A stretch of DNA of 53,534 nucleotides from an uncultured bacterium (GCA_903851135.1 CAINNK010000023.1:1-53534), one strand, 5' to 3'. Numbered from the stretch's first letter, positions 25,771-33,989 are shown. Made by a program: numbers and translations. Notes: a model not told the origin generated them from the sequence alone.

Positions 25771-25867
25771 GGGATTTGAAGGGCGCGAGTAAAATGCGAG
25801 TGTGCGAGCATTTTGTGCGCAGCGCCCAGGCTCCGAGTCGGAGCGAGGAGAAATCCCTCACAGCGCA
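25771..25867 (+). other. Hairpin element capped by the tRNA-Lys 3' end (homologous core to 13526-13598)
   Basis: gggatttgaa (reverse complement of T-loop ttcaaatccc), a 70-nt core (25781-25850), then aaatccctcacagcgca, which equals the tRNA-Lys 3' end. The 54 bp from aaatccc onward exactly repeat 25706-25759. Confidence 0.7.
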
Positions 25868-25913
25868 CAATTTTCAAAAAGTTTTTGACTTTTTGAAAAA
25901 TAAACACAGCTAC

Positions 25914-25985
25914 GCCCCCATAGCTCAACGGATAGAGCAATAGCCTTCTAAGCTGAAGATCTAGGTTCGATTCCTGGTGGGGGTA
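25914..25985 (+). tRNA. tRNA-Arg (anticodon UCU)
   Basis: Acceptor gccccca/tgggggt, anticodon loop ctTCTaa, T arm ctagg-ttcgatt-cctgg, discriminator A. Confidence 0.85.
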
Positions 25986-26004
25986 CAAAATGGAAGTTTG
26001 AACA

Positions 26005-26120
26005 CCCAGCAGGAATCGAACAGAAAAGGGGTCGGGAAAAACTAGGTTTTCCCGCGGCGGAAGTCTTGAAACCGATGGGCTTCAAAGAGCGAAGCGAGTG
26101 AGATTTTCCTGGTGGGGGTA
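26005..26120 (+). other. Hairpin element capped by the tRNA-Arg(UCU) 3' end
   Basis: cccagcaggaatcgaa (26005-26020) is the reverse complement of tRNA T-arm/acceptor ttcgattcctggtggg with 1 mismatch. A structured GC-rich core follows, and the element ends ttcctggtgggggta, the tRNA 3' end. Confidence 0.6.
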
Positions 26121-26125
26121 CGGAG

Positions 26126-26216
26126 ATAATTTAAAATTTAAAAATCAAAATTTAAAATGTTAGTGTTCACTTCGTTCACGAATTTTTTAATTTTTAATTT
26201 TGAGATTTGCATTTTC
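26126..26216. repeat. MITE-like AT-rich element with heptamer-periodic inverted arms (copy 1)
   Basis: Arms are taatttaaaatttaaaaatcaaaatttaaaatg and ttttaatttttaattttgagatttgcatttt. Both arms recur in inverted orientation at 36617-36737, including a 32-nt exact match. Confidence 0.75.
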
Positions 26217-26228
26217 CATTTTTAACAT

Positions 26229-26301
26229 GGCGGGTATCGTCTATCGGTTAAGACATCGGTTTGTGGTACCGAGAAGTTGGGTTCGACTCCCAGTACTCGC
26301 C
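26229..26301 (+). tRNA. tRNA-His (anticodon GUG) with encoded G-1
   Basis: G-1 is opposite discriminator C73. Acceptor gcgggta/tactcgc, anticodon loop ttGTGgt, T arm ttggg-ttcgact-cccag. Confidence 0.85.
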
Positions 26302-26330
26302 CCGTTTGGTTTTCAAAAATTTCGAAAATT

Positions 26331-26403
26331 GCGTTCGTAGCTCAAAGGATAGAGCACTTGACTTCGGATCAAGGGGTTGCAGGTTCGAGTCCTGCCGAGC
26401 GCA
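26331..26403 (+). tRNA. tRNA-Arg (anticodon UCG)
   Basis: Acceptor gcgttcg/cgagcgc, anticodon arm cttga-ctTCGga-tcaag, T arm gcagg-ttcgagt-cctgc, discriminator A. Confidence 0.85.
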
Positions 26404-26464
26404 CAAAGAAAAAACTCCGATTTTCGTCGGGATTTTTTGTTGCCACATTAAATCAATTTTTTGA

Positions 26465-26506
26465 ACAAAAAAGGAGGTGCACACAATAATAAATGTATGC
26501 ACCTCC
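26465..26506 (-). terminator. Rho-independent terminator of the radical SAM / small-peptide operon
   Basis: On the minus strand: GGAGGTGCA, a 16-nt loop, TGCACCTCC, then TTTTTT. It begins 7 nt after the small ORF stop. Confidence 0.75.
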
Positions 26507-26513
26507 AACGGCA

Positions 26514-26582
26514 TCAACTTCCGACACTTCCAGTGTTCGCACCGCCTCTTGAACCCTTTGAACCAGTGTTAGCTCCTGACAT
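26514..26582 (-). CDS. 22-aa Gly/Ser/Asn/Thr-rich peptide, candidate radical-SAM substrate (RiPP-like precursor)
   Basis: Hand translation gives MSGANTGSKGSRGGANTGSVGS then TGA. SD AGGGGGTGA ends 5 nt before the ATG and starts directly after the radical SAM stop codon. A terminator follows. It is shorter than the ORF-track cut-off. Confidence 0.55.
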   Translation of the reverse strand: MSGANTGSKGSRGGANTGSVGS

Positions 26583-26596
26583 TTTAATCACCCCCT

Positions 26597-27724
26597 TTAT
26601 TGTAAATTTTTTATTTGTTGAAAAATAAAAGCTTCTTCCTTGAAAGCTTCCCGAGAAAAATTTTCTCGCCACCCTATCACACACTTTTTATACAACAAGC
26701 GGAAATTACTTTCTGCAGTTACTTTCCCAATTGTATATTTTCCTAGCGCTTCCCTATTTAATTCCGCTAGGGTATGAGAAATTACATACGGCACGCGATA
26801 AACTGCATCAGCGTCAAGCATGAAAGTTTCTTTTGGTGCCATCGACTTTGGAAAATAACGTACCAAAACTCCATCAAGAACAAAACTTACAGATGAAAAG
26901 CCTATTTGAGCTTTCTCAAATGCTTCAAAAAATTTTACGCCACCAACAGCATTGACCAATTTCAACATGTCACTGACTTCATAAATCTTCAAGACAACAA
27001 CTCTCAAAACATTTACCAACTTGATTTGATTCCAACTAATTTTAAATTCATTTCCACTTAAAGTTAATTTCTTTAACTCAGACCTAGTTGGTGTGACAGT
27101 TGTGATATGCCATTGACTTACTTGCTCTGGAAGTGTTTTACAAGTTTCCAGCACTGAAGCATAATTTATTTTCGTCAGCGTCATCAAGGAATTTACCTCA
27201 CCCCCTGTTGTCAAAATTTCCTGTGCATTTCTTATGCCTTCAATCGCTGTTGCAAAAGAATTTTTGGAATCTCTTTGAAAATTATGAATTCTTTCTGGGC
27301 CATCCACTGAAATGTCCAGCCAATCAAATTTAAAGCCGGCTGATTTAATTTTGCTAATATGCTCAGAATATGAACCATTATCAATCATTCCAATTTTGCT
27401 ATCTGGTCTGATTTGACGAATTTCTTGAAGCCAACTTAAATGTTTCAGCTCAAAAATTCGACCCTCATGCACAACAATTGGATTAGGCAACATTTGGCTA
27501 ACGATAGTTTTTGCTGCGATTTCCAGAGCAACTCCATTGGAAAAATATTGCCGCTCTTTTTGAAAAATGCAATGCTTGCACTGCAAATTGCAATGCCGCG
27601 TTGCCACCACAGACATTACTTTTGGCAATTCCCTTGCTAATTGGGCATACATTTCTCCAATATCATCTTTTTCAGGTTTTCCAAGAAAATATTCGAGCCA
27701 CAAATTCATTGCAAAGTTTTCCAT
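26597..27724 (-). CDS. Radical SAM enzyme (no SPASM-type Cys-rich C-terminus)
   Basis: CNLQCKHC is the CxxxCxxC cluster motif. ISVDGPERIHNFQR resembles the xSxDG...HD..R block of PqqE/AlbA/anSME-like enzymes. I use ATG 27724 (MENFAMNLW) with GGAGGG SD 4 nt upstream. Confidence 0.8.
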   Translation of the reverse strand: MENFAMNLWLEYFLGKPEKDDIGEMYAQLARELPKVMSVVATRHCNLQCKHCIFQKERQYFSNGVALEIAAKTIVSQMLPNPIVVHEGRIFELKHLSWLQEIRQIRPDSKIGMIDNGSYSEHISKIKSAGFKFDWLDISVDGPERIHNFQRDSKNSFATAIEGIRNAQEILTTGGEVNSLMTLTKINYASVLETCKTLPEQVSQWHITTVTPTRSELKKLTLSGNEFKISWNQIKLVNVLRVVVLKIYEVSDMLKLVNAVGGVKFFEAFEKAQIGFSSVSFVLDGVLVRYFPKSMAPKETFMLDADAVYRVPYVISHTLAELNREALGKYTIGKVTAESNFRLLYKKCVIGWRENFSREAFKEEAFIFQQIKNLQ

Positions 27725-27875
27725 AATACCCTCCAATAGATAAATTGTTAAAGCAACTAATAACTGATTATTATGCTTAAACGCAAATATAATCAAATTT
27801 AAAGATGTGTTAATTAATTATATATGGCTTTATCAAGCCTATTTATAGACTAATAGTTTATAGTCATCATAATTG

Positions 27876-27904
27876 TTGACTAAATGAATAAAATATGCTA
27901 GATT
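27876..27904 (+). promoter_or_regulatory. Candidate promoter of the TrmB-like gene (near-leaderless)
   Basis: TTGACT, a 17-nt spacer, then TAGATT. The -10 box ends 6 nt before ATG 27911. Confidence 0.3.
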
Positions 27905-27910
27905 TATTTT

Positions 27911-28674
27911 ATGGAATTGATTGAAGGATTGTTGAATTTAGGCCTAACCGAAAAAGAAGCCAACGTTTATTTGGCTCTTTTGGGCTTGGAAAAAGCAACA
28001 GCCTACACTGTTGGAATTAGAAGCAAACTAAAAAATGCCACCGCCTATGTCGTGCTGAACAATTTAGTGTCAAAAGGATTCGCCCTTAAAATCCCCCAGA
28101 AAGATAAACATTATTTCATTGCCAAATCACCGCGCGAATGCATCGCTATCGCCCAAGAAAAACTATCCACCACTAAAGAAATGCTGCCGGAACTTTTGGC
28201 AATTCAAAAGAAAGCCGATGAAAAAGTCAGCGTCGCTTATTTCGAAGGATTTGAAGGAATCAAAAAAATGTATGACCAACTTATCGCCAACATGCAAAAA
28301 AAACCATCGAGGAAAGATCTTTTATTGCTTTTTATGCTCATCAAAAACACACTTCAGATTTTTTGCAAAAATACTGGCTTCAATTGAATGAAGTCTACGC
28401 AAAAAATAATATCAAAAGAAATGCCATTACCACACTGCACCCTTCAATTAAAAATTATCTACTAGCAGAAACCAAGAAAAAATTCGGGATGAATTTGCGA
28501 CCACTGCCTGAAAAAGAATATTCAAGTAATATTTCAATTGAAGTTTATGATAATTTCACGCAGATAATTTCTCATCGCTACCTGCAAGGAATTCTAATTG
28601 AAAACCCAGATATTGCTGACGTGATGCAACAAATTTTCAAGCTTGTCTGGAAAACTACTGAAAAAGCTAACTAG
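27911..28674 (+). pseudogene. TrmB-family transcriptional regulator interrupted by a -1 frame change at an A8 tract
   Basis: The N-terminal wHTH (LGLTEKEANVYLALLGLEKATAYTV) parallels the intact paralog at 39870-40613. The frame changes at A8 (28296-28303). The downstream frame reads TIEERSFIAFYAHQKHTSDFLQKYWLQLNEVY... through to 28674. Confidence 0.65.
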
Positions 28675-28717
28675 CGAGACACAATCAATGGCAACATTTT
28701 TTCTTTTCAGAATCCTT

Positions 28718-28750
28718 AAAAAAAATCCCGGGTTAATTTGGGATTTTTCA
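28718..28750. terminator. Bidirectional terminator between the TrmB-like gene and the pilus operon
   Basis: Stem aaatccc / gggattt with an A-run before and a T-run after. Confidence 0.5.
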
Positions 28751-28786
28751 TTACTTTTTTAAGTTAAGTTCCTGCCTTCAATCAAA

Positions 28787-29104
28787 TTAATACGGCAGAA
28801 AAAAATCCTTGCCCACGTCAGGCGCTTTAGCATTGTTTTGACTGCGCTGACTAATAATCTCGAGCGCTTTTCGGTAGTTATTCTCATTAAAGACCACACC
28901 TTTATCTTGAGTACCCATAAAGGCCTGCTTTTTCGCATTGCTCCAGGTTGAAGAATACAAATTTTGATTCCAAATATAAGCGCCAAAAACAATCACGCAA
29001 ACCAACGAAACAAAAAACAAGATTTTATAAACCCGCTTCCAGAAATATTCCAAGCCTGAAATAATTTTTTCCTTCTCAAGATTGATTGATGTATCAAGTT
29101 TCAT
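28787..29104 (-). CDS. Single-pass membrane protein, last gene of the pilus operon
   Basis: 105 aa from ATG 29104. One TM helix (ILFFVSLVCVIVFGAYIW). Its start lies within 5 nt of the pilO-like stop. Confidence 0.5.
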   Translation of the reverse strand: MKLDTSINLEKEKIISGLEYFWKRVYKILFFVSLVCVIVFGAYIWNQNLYSSTWSNAKKQAFMGTQDKGVVFNENNYRKALEIISQRSQNNAKAPDVGKDFFLPY

Positions 29105-29108
29105 ATAG

Positions 29109-29822
29109 CTATTGTTTTTTACTATAAAATACAACTTCCAAGGAGGCGCTTAATTTATTACCGATTTTTTTAGCTGGAGCCGGAGTTACTGACGTGCTGA
29201 CATCTTTAGGATTAAAAGGATTCAAAACGCCACTACCGCCACTACTCGTCACTGTGTTAGCATCAGCGTTGTCAATCAAATGACTGATGTTAATTAAGGT
29301 TATATCAGAGTAATATTCCAAGCTTTCAAGACTGCTGATAAACTTAAACAAGCCATTGTAATCTCCAGTTAACATGATAGTTAATTTCAAATAGTCCTTA
29401 CTGGGCAAGGAGTCGAGCAGAGCATTGTCCGAAACAGGCGCAGTGCCAGGCGCTGCAACTGGAGCAATTGGAAGATTTTTTTGTTGAGGTGCATCCTGAA
29501 TGGTAATTGCTATCGTGTTGTTTGTTTCCTGCGCAAGTTTTTCCAAACGCTCAATCAAGGCAACTGCCTGTTGCTTGTCCAACAAGATATTTATTTTATC
29601 TTGTTGATTATTAATTTCCGTGTATTGCTTACCTATTTTTGGCAAGTCAAACAAGCGCTGATTTGTAATATTTTGCTTGATAGCCCCTTGTTCTATTTCA
29701 TCCTTGATTGCAGTTATTTTTCTCAACAATGGCAAAATAACCAACGCCGCGAGGACCCCCACTATCAGAAAAAATAACGCTAGGGCTATAATTTCTCGCT
29801 GAGTTTTTAGAAATTTTTTCAT
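29109..29822 (-). CDS. pilO: PilO-like type IV pilus assembly protein
   Basis: N-terminal TM, a coiled-coil segment, and a position directly after the pilM/pilN-like genes. Confidence 0.55.
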   Translation of the reverse strand: MKKFLKTQREIIALALFFLIVGVLAALVILPLLRKITAIKDEIEQGAIKQNITNQRLFDLPKIGKQYTEINNQQDKINILLDKQQAVALIERLEKLAQETNNTIAITIQDAPQQKNLPIAPVAAPGTAPVSDNALLDSLPSKDYLKLTIMLTGDYNGLFKFISSLESLEYYSDITLINISHLIDNADANTVTSSGGSGVLNPFNPKDVSTSVTPAPAKKIGNKLSASLEVVFYSKKQ

Positions 29823-29864
29823 TCTACAAATAATTATAAAAAATAATTTTTCAAATTCAAATTT

Positions 29865-30419
29865 TTATTGCACTTTTAAGCAATCCTGACTTACAACAAA
29901 ATCCATCTGAAAATCAACATTTTCTTTCACAACAAGATCAGAGAGTGGAACGTTAACATTTTTAAAGCACGCATCCTTTTCAAGATTACTTTTAAATTCA
30001 AGCAATTGATCACGTTTTACTGCTTTTCCGGTCAAATAAATATCGTAATTTTTATTAGTGAAATTATCCACGGTGATTCCGGCGGGGATAACCTGACCCA
30101 AATGATTAAGCACATTCGCCCAGTGCAAATGACCGTTTTGAATCTTTATCAAGAGGCTAGAGGCATCATTAATGGCCTTAAAATCCTTATCATATTTATT
30201 TAGTTCTTGATATTGTGTCTGTTTTTGTTGAGTTGCATAAGTCGTGTTGTTTGAATCTCTTTGAATTTTCAGCAAATAAAAAATATTGATCAAAATAACA
30301 ATTAATACCAAGATTGGAAAAACAAAAAGCACTTCTTTATGCAAAATTTCACGAAAAAGCTTATCTCGCTTGATAGCGTCTTTTTTGTTTTGAGGTAGTA
30401 AATCCAGACTAATCTTCAT
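29865..30419 (-). CDS. pilN: PilN-like type IV pilus assembly protein
   Basis: Short cytoplasmic N-terminus (LLPQNKKDAIKRDKL), a single TM, and an 11-nt overlap with the pilM stop. Confidence 0.6.
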   Translation of the reverse strand: MKISLDLLPQNKKDAIKRDKLFREILHKEVLFVFPILVLIVILINIFYLLKIQRDSNNTTYATQQKQTQYQELNKYDKDFKAINDASSLLIKIQNGHLHWANVLNHLGQVIPAGITVDNFTNKNYDIYLTGKAVKRDQLLEFKSNLEKDACFKNVNVPLSDLVVKENVDFQMDFVVSQDCLKVQ

Positions 30420-31494
30420 ATTGGAGTCCTTTTAATGCTAAGCCTATCGCGGTCGAATATTGCAATGACTGGTTCTTTTCAATGATCGGCAATTTTTTTC
30501 CCAAGTTCACATTTGACCAAGGACTGCCTAATTCAATTTCTCTTCCCAATTTTTTTGATAAATAAGGCACAATCCCCTTGGTATTAGCGCCGCCGCCGCA
30601 AATGATTATCTTATCGATATTTTTTGAATATCCTAACCCGGATAAATAAAAATTGATTGATCTTTCAATTTCCTGAGAAAAATTCTCCAAAATCGGCTGA
30701 ACCAATTTAAACAAGGCATCATCTTTGGAATCACAACCAATGCCATGATTAAACTTTATCTTCTCAGCTTCTTCAAATGAAACACTCATTCCTCTGGAAA
30801 TAACATCTGACAAAGACTGTCCGCAGAGAGGAACGCTGGAAGTAAAACACGGCACGCCTTCTTTTGCAATTGAAAAACTTGTTCGCCTATCTCCAATGTC
30901 CACAATTAAAACTGTTTTATTATAATCACCTGGGGAAAGCAGACTGCGAGTTTGCGCAATTGATTCTATTTCTAAACCAACAACTTCCAGCCCGGCCAAT
31001 TCAACTACCTCTATTGCATCATCAACAGTTGCTCTTGAAACTGCAACAACCAAAAGATTTATTTTGTTTTTTTCAGCAGTCAAAGCTTCGGTAACCATCT
31101 GCCAATCATAATAAACTTGTTCCAACGGAAGCGGAATATTTGCTTCCATCTCCCATTTCACCGCTTCACTTATCTCACTGTCATTCATTTTTGGAATGGT
31201 TATGATCCGCAAAAAAGCCTTCGTCTCAGGCAATGAACAAATAACTTTTTTTGTTTTGATTTTTTTTGGTCCTGAAATTTCAACAAGCTTCTTTATTGCG
31301 CCTGCAACCTGATCTTTCTTTTTTATCTCACCATCACTCACCGCCCCAACAGGCAAAGCCACTGAACCGTAACTGACAATTTTTTCTTCAGAGCCGTCTT
31401 TTTCAAACTTAATAAGCTTGACCGAGAGATCACTCAAGTCAAGACCAAAAATACTGGAAGAATTGCTAAAAATTTTTCTATTTAAAACCCCCAT
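30409..31494 (-). CDS. pilM: PilM type IV pilus assembly ATPase-like (actin fold) protein
   Basis: FGLDLSDLSVKLIKF, VDIGDRRTSFSI and IICGGGANTKG are actin/FtsA-like phosphate-binding motifs typical of PilM. Confidence 0.8.
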   Translation of the reverse strand: MGVLNRKIFSNSSSIFGLDLSDLSVKLIKFEKDGSEEKIVSYGSVALPVGAVSDGEIKKKDQVAGAIKKLVEISGPKKIKTKKVICSLPETKAFLRIITIPKMNDSEISEAVKWEMEANIPLPLEQVYYDWQMVTEALTAEKNKINLLVVAVSRATVDDAIEVVELAGLEVVGLEIESIAQTRSLLSPGDYNKTVLIVDIGDRRTSFSIAKEGVPCFTSSVPLCGQSLSDVISRGMSVSFEEAEKIKFNHGIGCDSKDDALFKLVQPILENFSQEIERSINFYLSGLGYSKNIDKIIICGGGANTKGIVPYLSKKLGREIELGSPWSNVNLGKKLPIIEKNQSLQYSTAIGLALKGLQYED

Positions 31495-31582
31495 TTTTTA
31501 TTTTTCGCTTATGTTTATTTTTATGTCTGCTTTAATTTTACACTATTTTTTCAATAATTCATAATCAATTTTTCACAATCAA

Positions 31583-33217
31583 TCACAACTCTTCCCAAAG
31601 ATCAATGGAATATTGCGTACCGGTTGGAAAATATGGTGGCGGAAAATACAACAAATTATTGTCAAAATTAAGATTGCGAAAACAGTACCCGTCTCCGACG
31701 AAAACCCCACCTCCACAATTGTAATCATTCCCAACGTAAGCAAAACCATAACGAACATTTGTAGCAATAGAGCCATTCACGGTAATGGTACTTTTATTAC
31801 TGGTGTAGGCGACTCTTCCAACACGTCCTTCTTTAGCAAGCAAAGCTCCGTCAATTGTTAAGTTAGTCAAACTATTTCTAATAATTTCCACATCTTTTTG
31901 GGCTATAACACCTATGATGTCATTACCGTTAAAATTCGTGTAAAGCAAATTATCCATGCCCAAAAATACGCTCTTACCTCCGCCGGTATAGCCGGGTTCA
32001 TCTGACAATTCGGCGGCCACCAAAGAAACCCGCTTATTGCTGATCGTTCCCTCTAGCCACAAATTATTTGCCACAAACACAACCCCGTTATTCGGGATAG
32101 TATAATTAGTCATACTTAAACATTTTCCCTTGGCGTGAGTGCCATTTGCAATCCAATTGCAAGGAATTGTTGTGTTGTTGCAACAGACGGTTGTAGCGTT
32201 GGCACCAGAGCAAGACGTTCCATTGGTTCCGGCGTAAGCTCCTGTAGCCCCAGCAACAAGCCCGCTATATTTTGAAATAGCATTAGTTGAATTATCAAAG
32301 GAATCAATTTTGCAAACATCCATTGTGCCATCGGTTTTTAAAATAATCCTGCGTCCGGCGCCACTGTTGTCAAATTTTACCGTTGCTTGACTACGCATAA
32401 AAGAAATATCAGAAACTACACTGGCAAAATCAATTTGCGGTGTAGGAAATTGCCTACCACCTTTAAAGACGTCTATGCGCTGGGAAACAGCATTCGGCAG
32501 CGCCTCCAGAGGTCTTTGATTATCATTAACTCCGGTTGCCGGAGGAACATTCACGTGCGTATGCACCCCAAATTCACTGCCACCAGAATGATCTGGGTCA
32601 TCGAAAGTACTCAAAGAACTTGAAACTACGTTTGTCGCAACCCCATCAAAACGAATACCGGAGTTAGAATGGATCTTGCCATTCACAGTTGTTCCTTCAC
32701 CAAAACGCATAAAATCATTAGCCAGCACACTATTTTCACTCCAAGAAGGTCTTCGAAAACGAACCTTGATGCTTCTTTTTGTGCCTGGATATTTATATGT
32801 CCAGCCAGTAACAACCACATTGACAATTGTTGAACTAGGATCCGGTGGAGAAACAACAATACTATATCTTCCAAGTGCTCCACCTTGCTCATCAACATAT
32901 TCTCTTTCATATGGAGAATTACTTCGTAAGCCAAGCGGATCTGGACTCGTACCCTGCCAAAAAGCTCGCACTTGCATGGCAGTTTTTCCATCTGTTTGAT
33001 GTGCCAAATACCAACGATAAAAATTAACTCCGGCCTCTGCAATTTGAAAAGCTTCCTCCCTACTCTGAGTTTGATAAGCTACTTTAGCTTGATTGGCGAC
33101 AAATTGCACCACGGAAGCAAGAATAATAGAAACCATCGCAATAATAACCAGCGCATAAGCAATGGCTGAGCCTTTTTTCTTCTCATTTGCAATAGTTATT
33201 TTTTTCAAACAATTCAT
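31583..33217 (-). CDS. Large PilX-like pilus-associated protein
   Basis: 544 aa from ATG 33217 (the junction with the upstream gene is TAA-T-ATG). It has an N-terminal hydrophobic helix (GSAIAYALVIIAMVSIILASVVQFV) and a Gly/Asn/Thr-rich beta-type body. Confidence 0.6.
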   Translation of the reverse strand: MNCLKKITIANEKKKGSAIAYALVIIAMVSIILASVVQFVANQAKVAYQTQSREEAFQIAEAGVNFYRWYLAHQTDGKTAMQVRAFWQGTSPDPLGLRSNSPYEREYVDEQGGALGRYSIVVSPPDPSSTIVNVVVTGWTYKYPGTKRSIKVRFRRPSWSENSVLANDFMRFGEGTTVNGKIHSNSGIRFDGVATNVVSSSLSTFDDPDHSGGSEFGVHTHVNVPPATGVNDNQRPLEALPNAVSQRIDVFKGGRQFPTPQIDFASVVSDISFMRSQATVKFDNSGAGRRIILKTDGTMDVCKIDSFDNSTNAISKYSGLVAGATGAYAGTNGTSCSGANATTVCCNNTTIPCNWIANGTHAKGKCLSMTNYTIPNNGVVFVANNLWLEGTISNKRVSLVAAELSDEPGYTGGGKSVFLGMDNLLYTNFNGNDIIGVIAQKDVEIIRNSLTNLTIDGALLAKEGRVGRVAYTSNKSTITVNGSIATNVRYGFAYVGNDYNCGGGVFVGDGYCFRNLNFDNNLLYFPPPYFPTGTQYSIDLWEEL

Positions 33218-33218
33218 A

Positions 33219-33839
33219 TTAATTATTATCATTAAGGTTTCTAAATTCAACAAAAGATTCCAGATTGACGTTGTCTGGCGCAGTAAGTGGTTTAATATTT
33301 ACCCATAAACGCACTTTAACTAGTTTGACATTGGCAGGTACCGGATTGACAATGGGATTATTAACAGTGTCAATTGGATAATCACTATTATAATATTCAA
33401 AAACCGGCTGCGCTGCAGTGTTGACAACATAATTAGTAACCACACTAACCGTTTGGTCACCGGCTGGATAAGAAGCTGGCGTACCGCTTGGTTTAGTGAC
33501 ACCTTTCTTGAAAGTTTGTGTAACACTATCTAAATAGTAATGCACTCGCTCAGTGACATTGTCACCATCATCATCAAGATAAACTGTCAGACTGGTATTA
33601 CTCACGCTTTTAATAGGATAACTACCATCATCCGCTTGCCTGATTTTTCTCAAATTCTTAATAGTTTCATTAAGCGCCCTAGTGGCTTTGCCTGTGGCAT
33701 TGCCTGCCTCCATAACAAAAGAATTCATTTTCCAACTTTTCGAAGCCAGCATCGTAAAGCCCCCAATTCCAAGTGTAAGAATTGCTATTGCAATGAGCAG
33801 CTCCACCAGGGTCATTCCTTTTTTATTTAAGTTCCTCAT
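33219..33839 (-). CDS. Prepilin-type N-terminal cleavage/methylation domain protein (minor pilin)
   Basis: KKGMTLVELLIAIAILTLGIGGF is the class III signal (G|xTLxE). Confidence 0.75.
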   Translation of the reverse strand: MRNLNKKGMTLVELLIAIAILTLGIGGFTMLASKSWKMNSFVMEAGNATGKATRALNETIKNLRKIRQADDGSYPIKSVSNTSLTVYLDDDGDNVTERVHYYLDSVTQTFKKGVTKPSGTPASYPAGDQTVSVVTNYVVNTAAQPVFEYYNSDYPIDTVNNPIVNPVPANVKLVKVRLWVNIKPLTAPDNVNLESFVEFRNLNDNN

Positions 33840-33989
33840 TTCTTTAAAATCTTCACGCTTAAGACTTATACGTTTAATTGAAAATTATTTACAATTACCT
33901 TTTTAGTCAACAACTCTCAGACCAATAAAATTTTTTCAGTTGACAAGCTTCGCGTCAGAAATTTACAGCCCAGCTTGTAACTTCTGAAA

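Noticed and set aside
25661-25988. ORF-track entries 25661-25870 and 25713-25988 (minus) and 26248-26517 / 26261-26489
   Set aside because: They run antisense or in-frame across tRNA-Lys, tRNA-Arg, tRNA-His and the tRNA-linked elements. Peptides such as ESNLDLQLRRLLLYPLSYGG are typical read-through translations of tRNA genes, not proteins.
26494-26553. Plus-strand mini-ORF MYAPPTASTSDTSSVRTAS preceded by AAGGAGGTG
   Set aside because: The apparent SD is one arm of the minus-strand terminator stem (GGAGGTGCA/TGCACCTCC) and lies 15 nt from the ATG. The ORF is simply antisense to the better-supported 22-aa minus-strand ORF.
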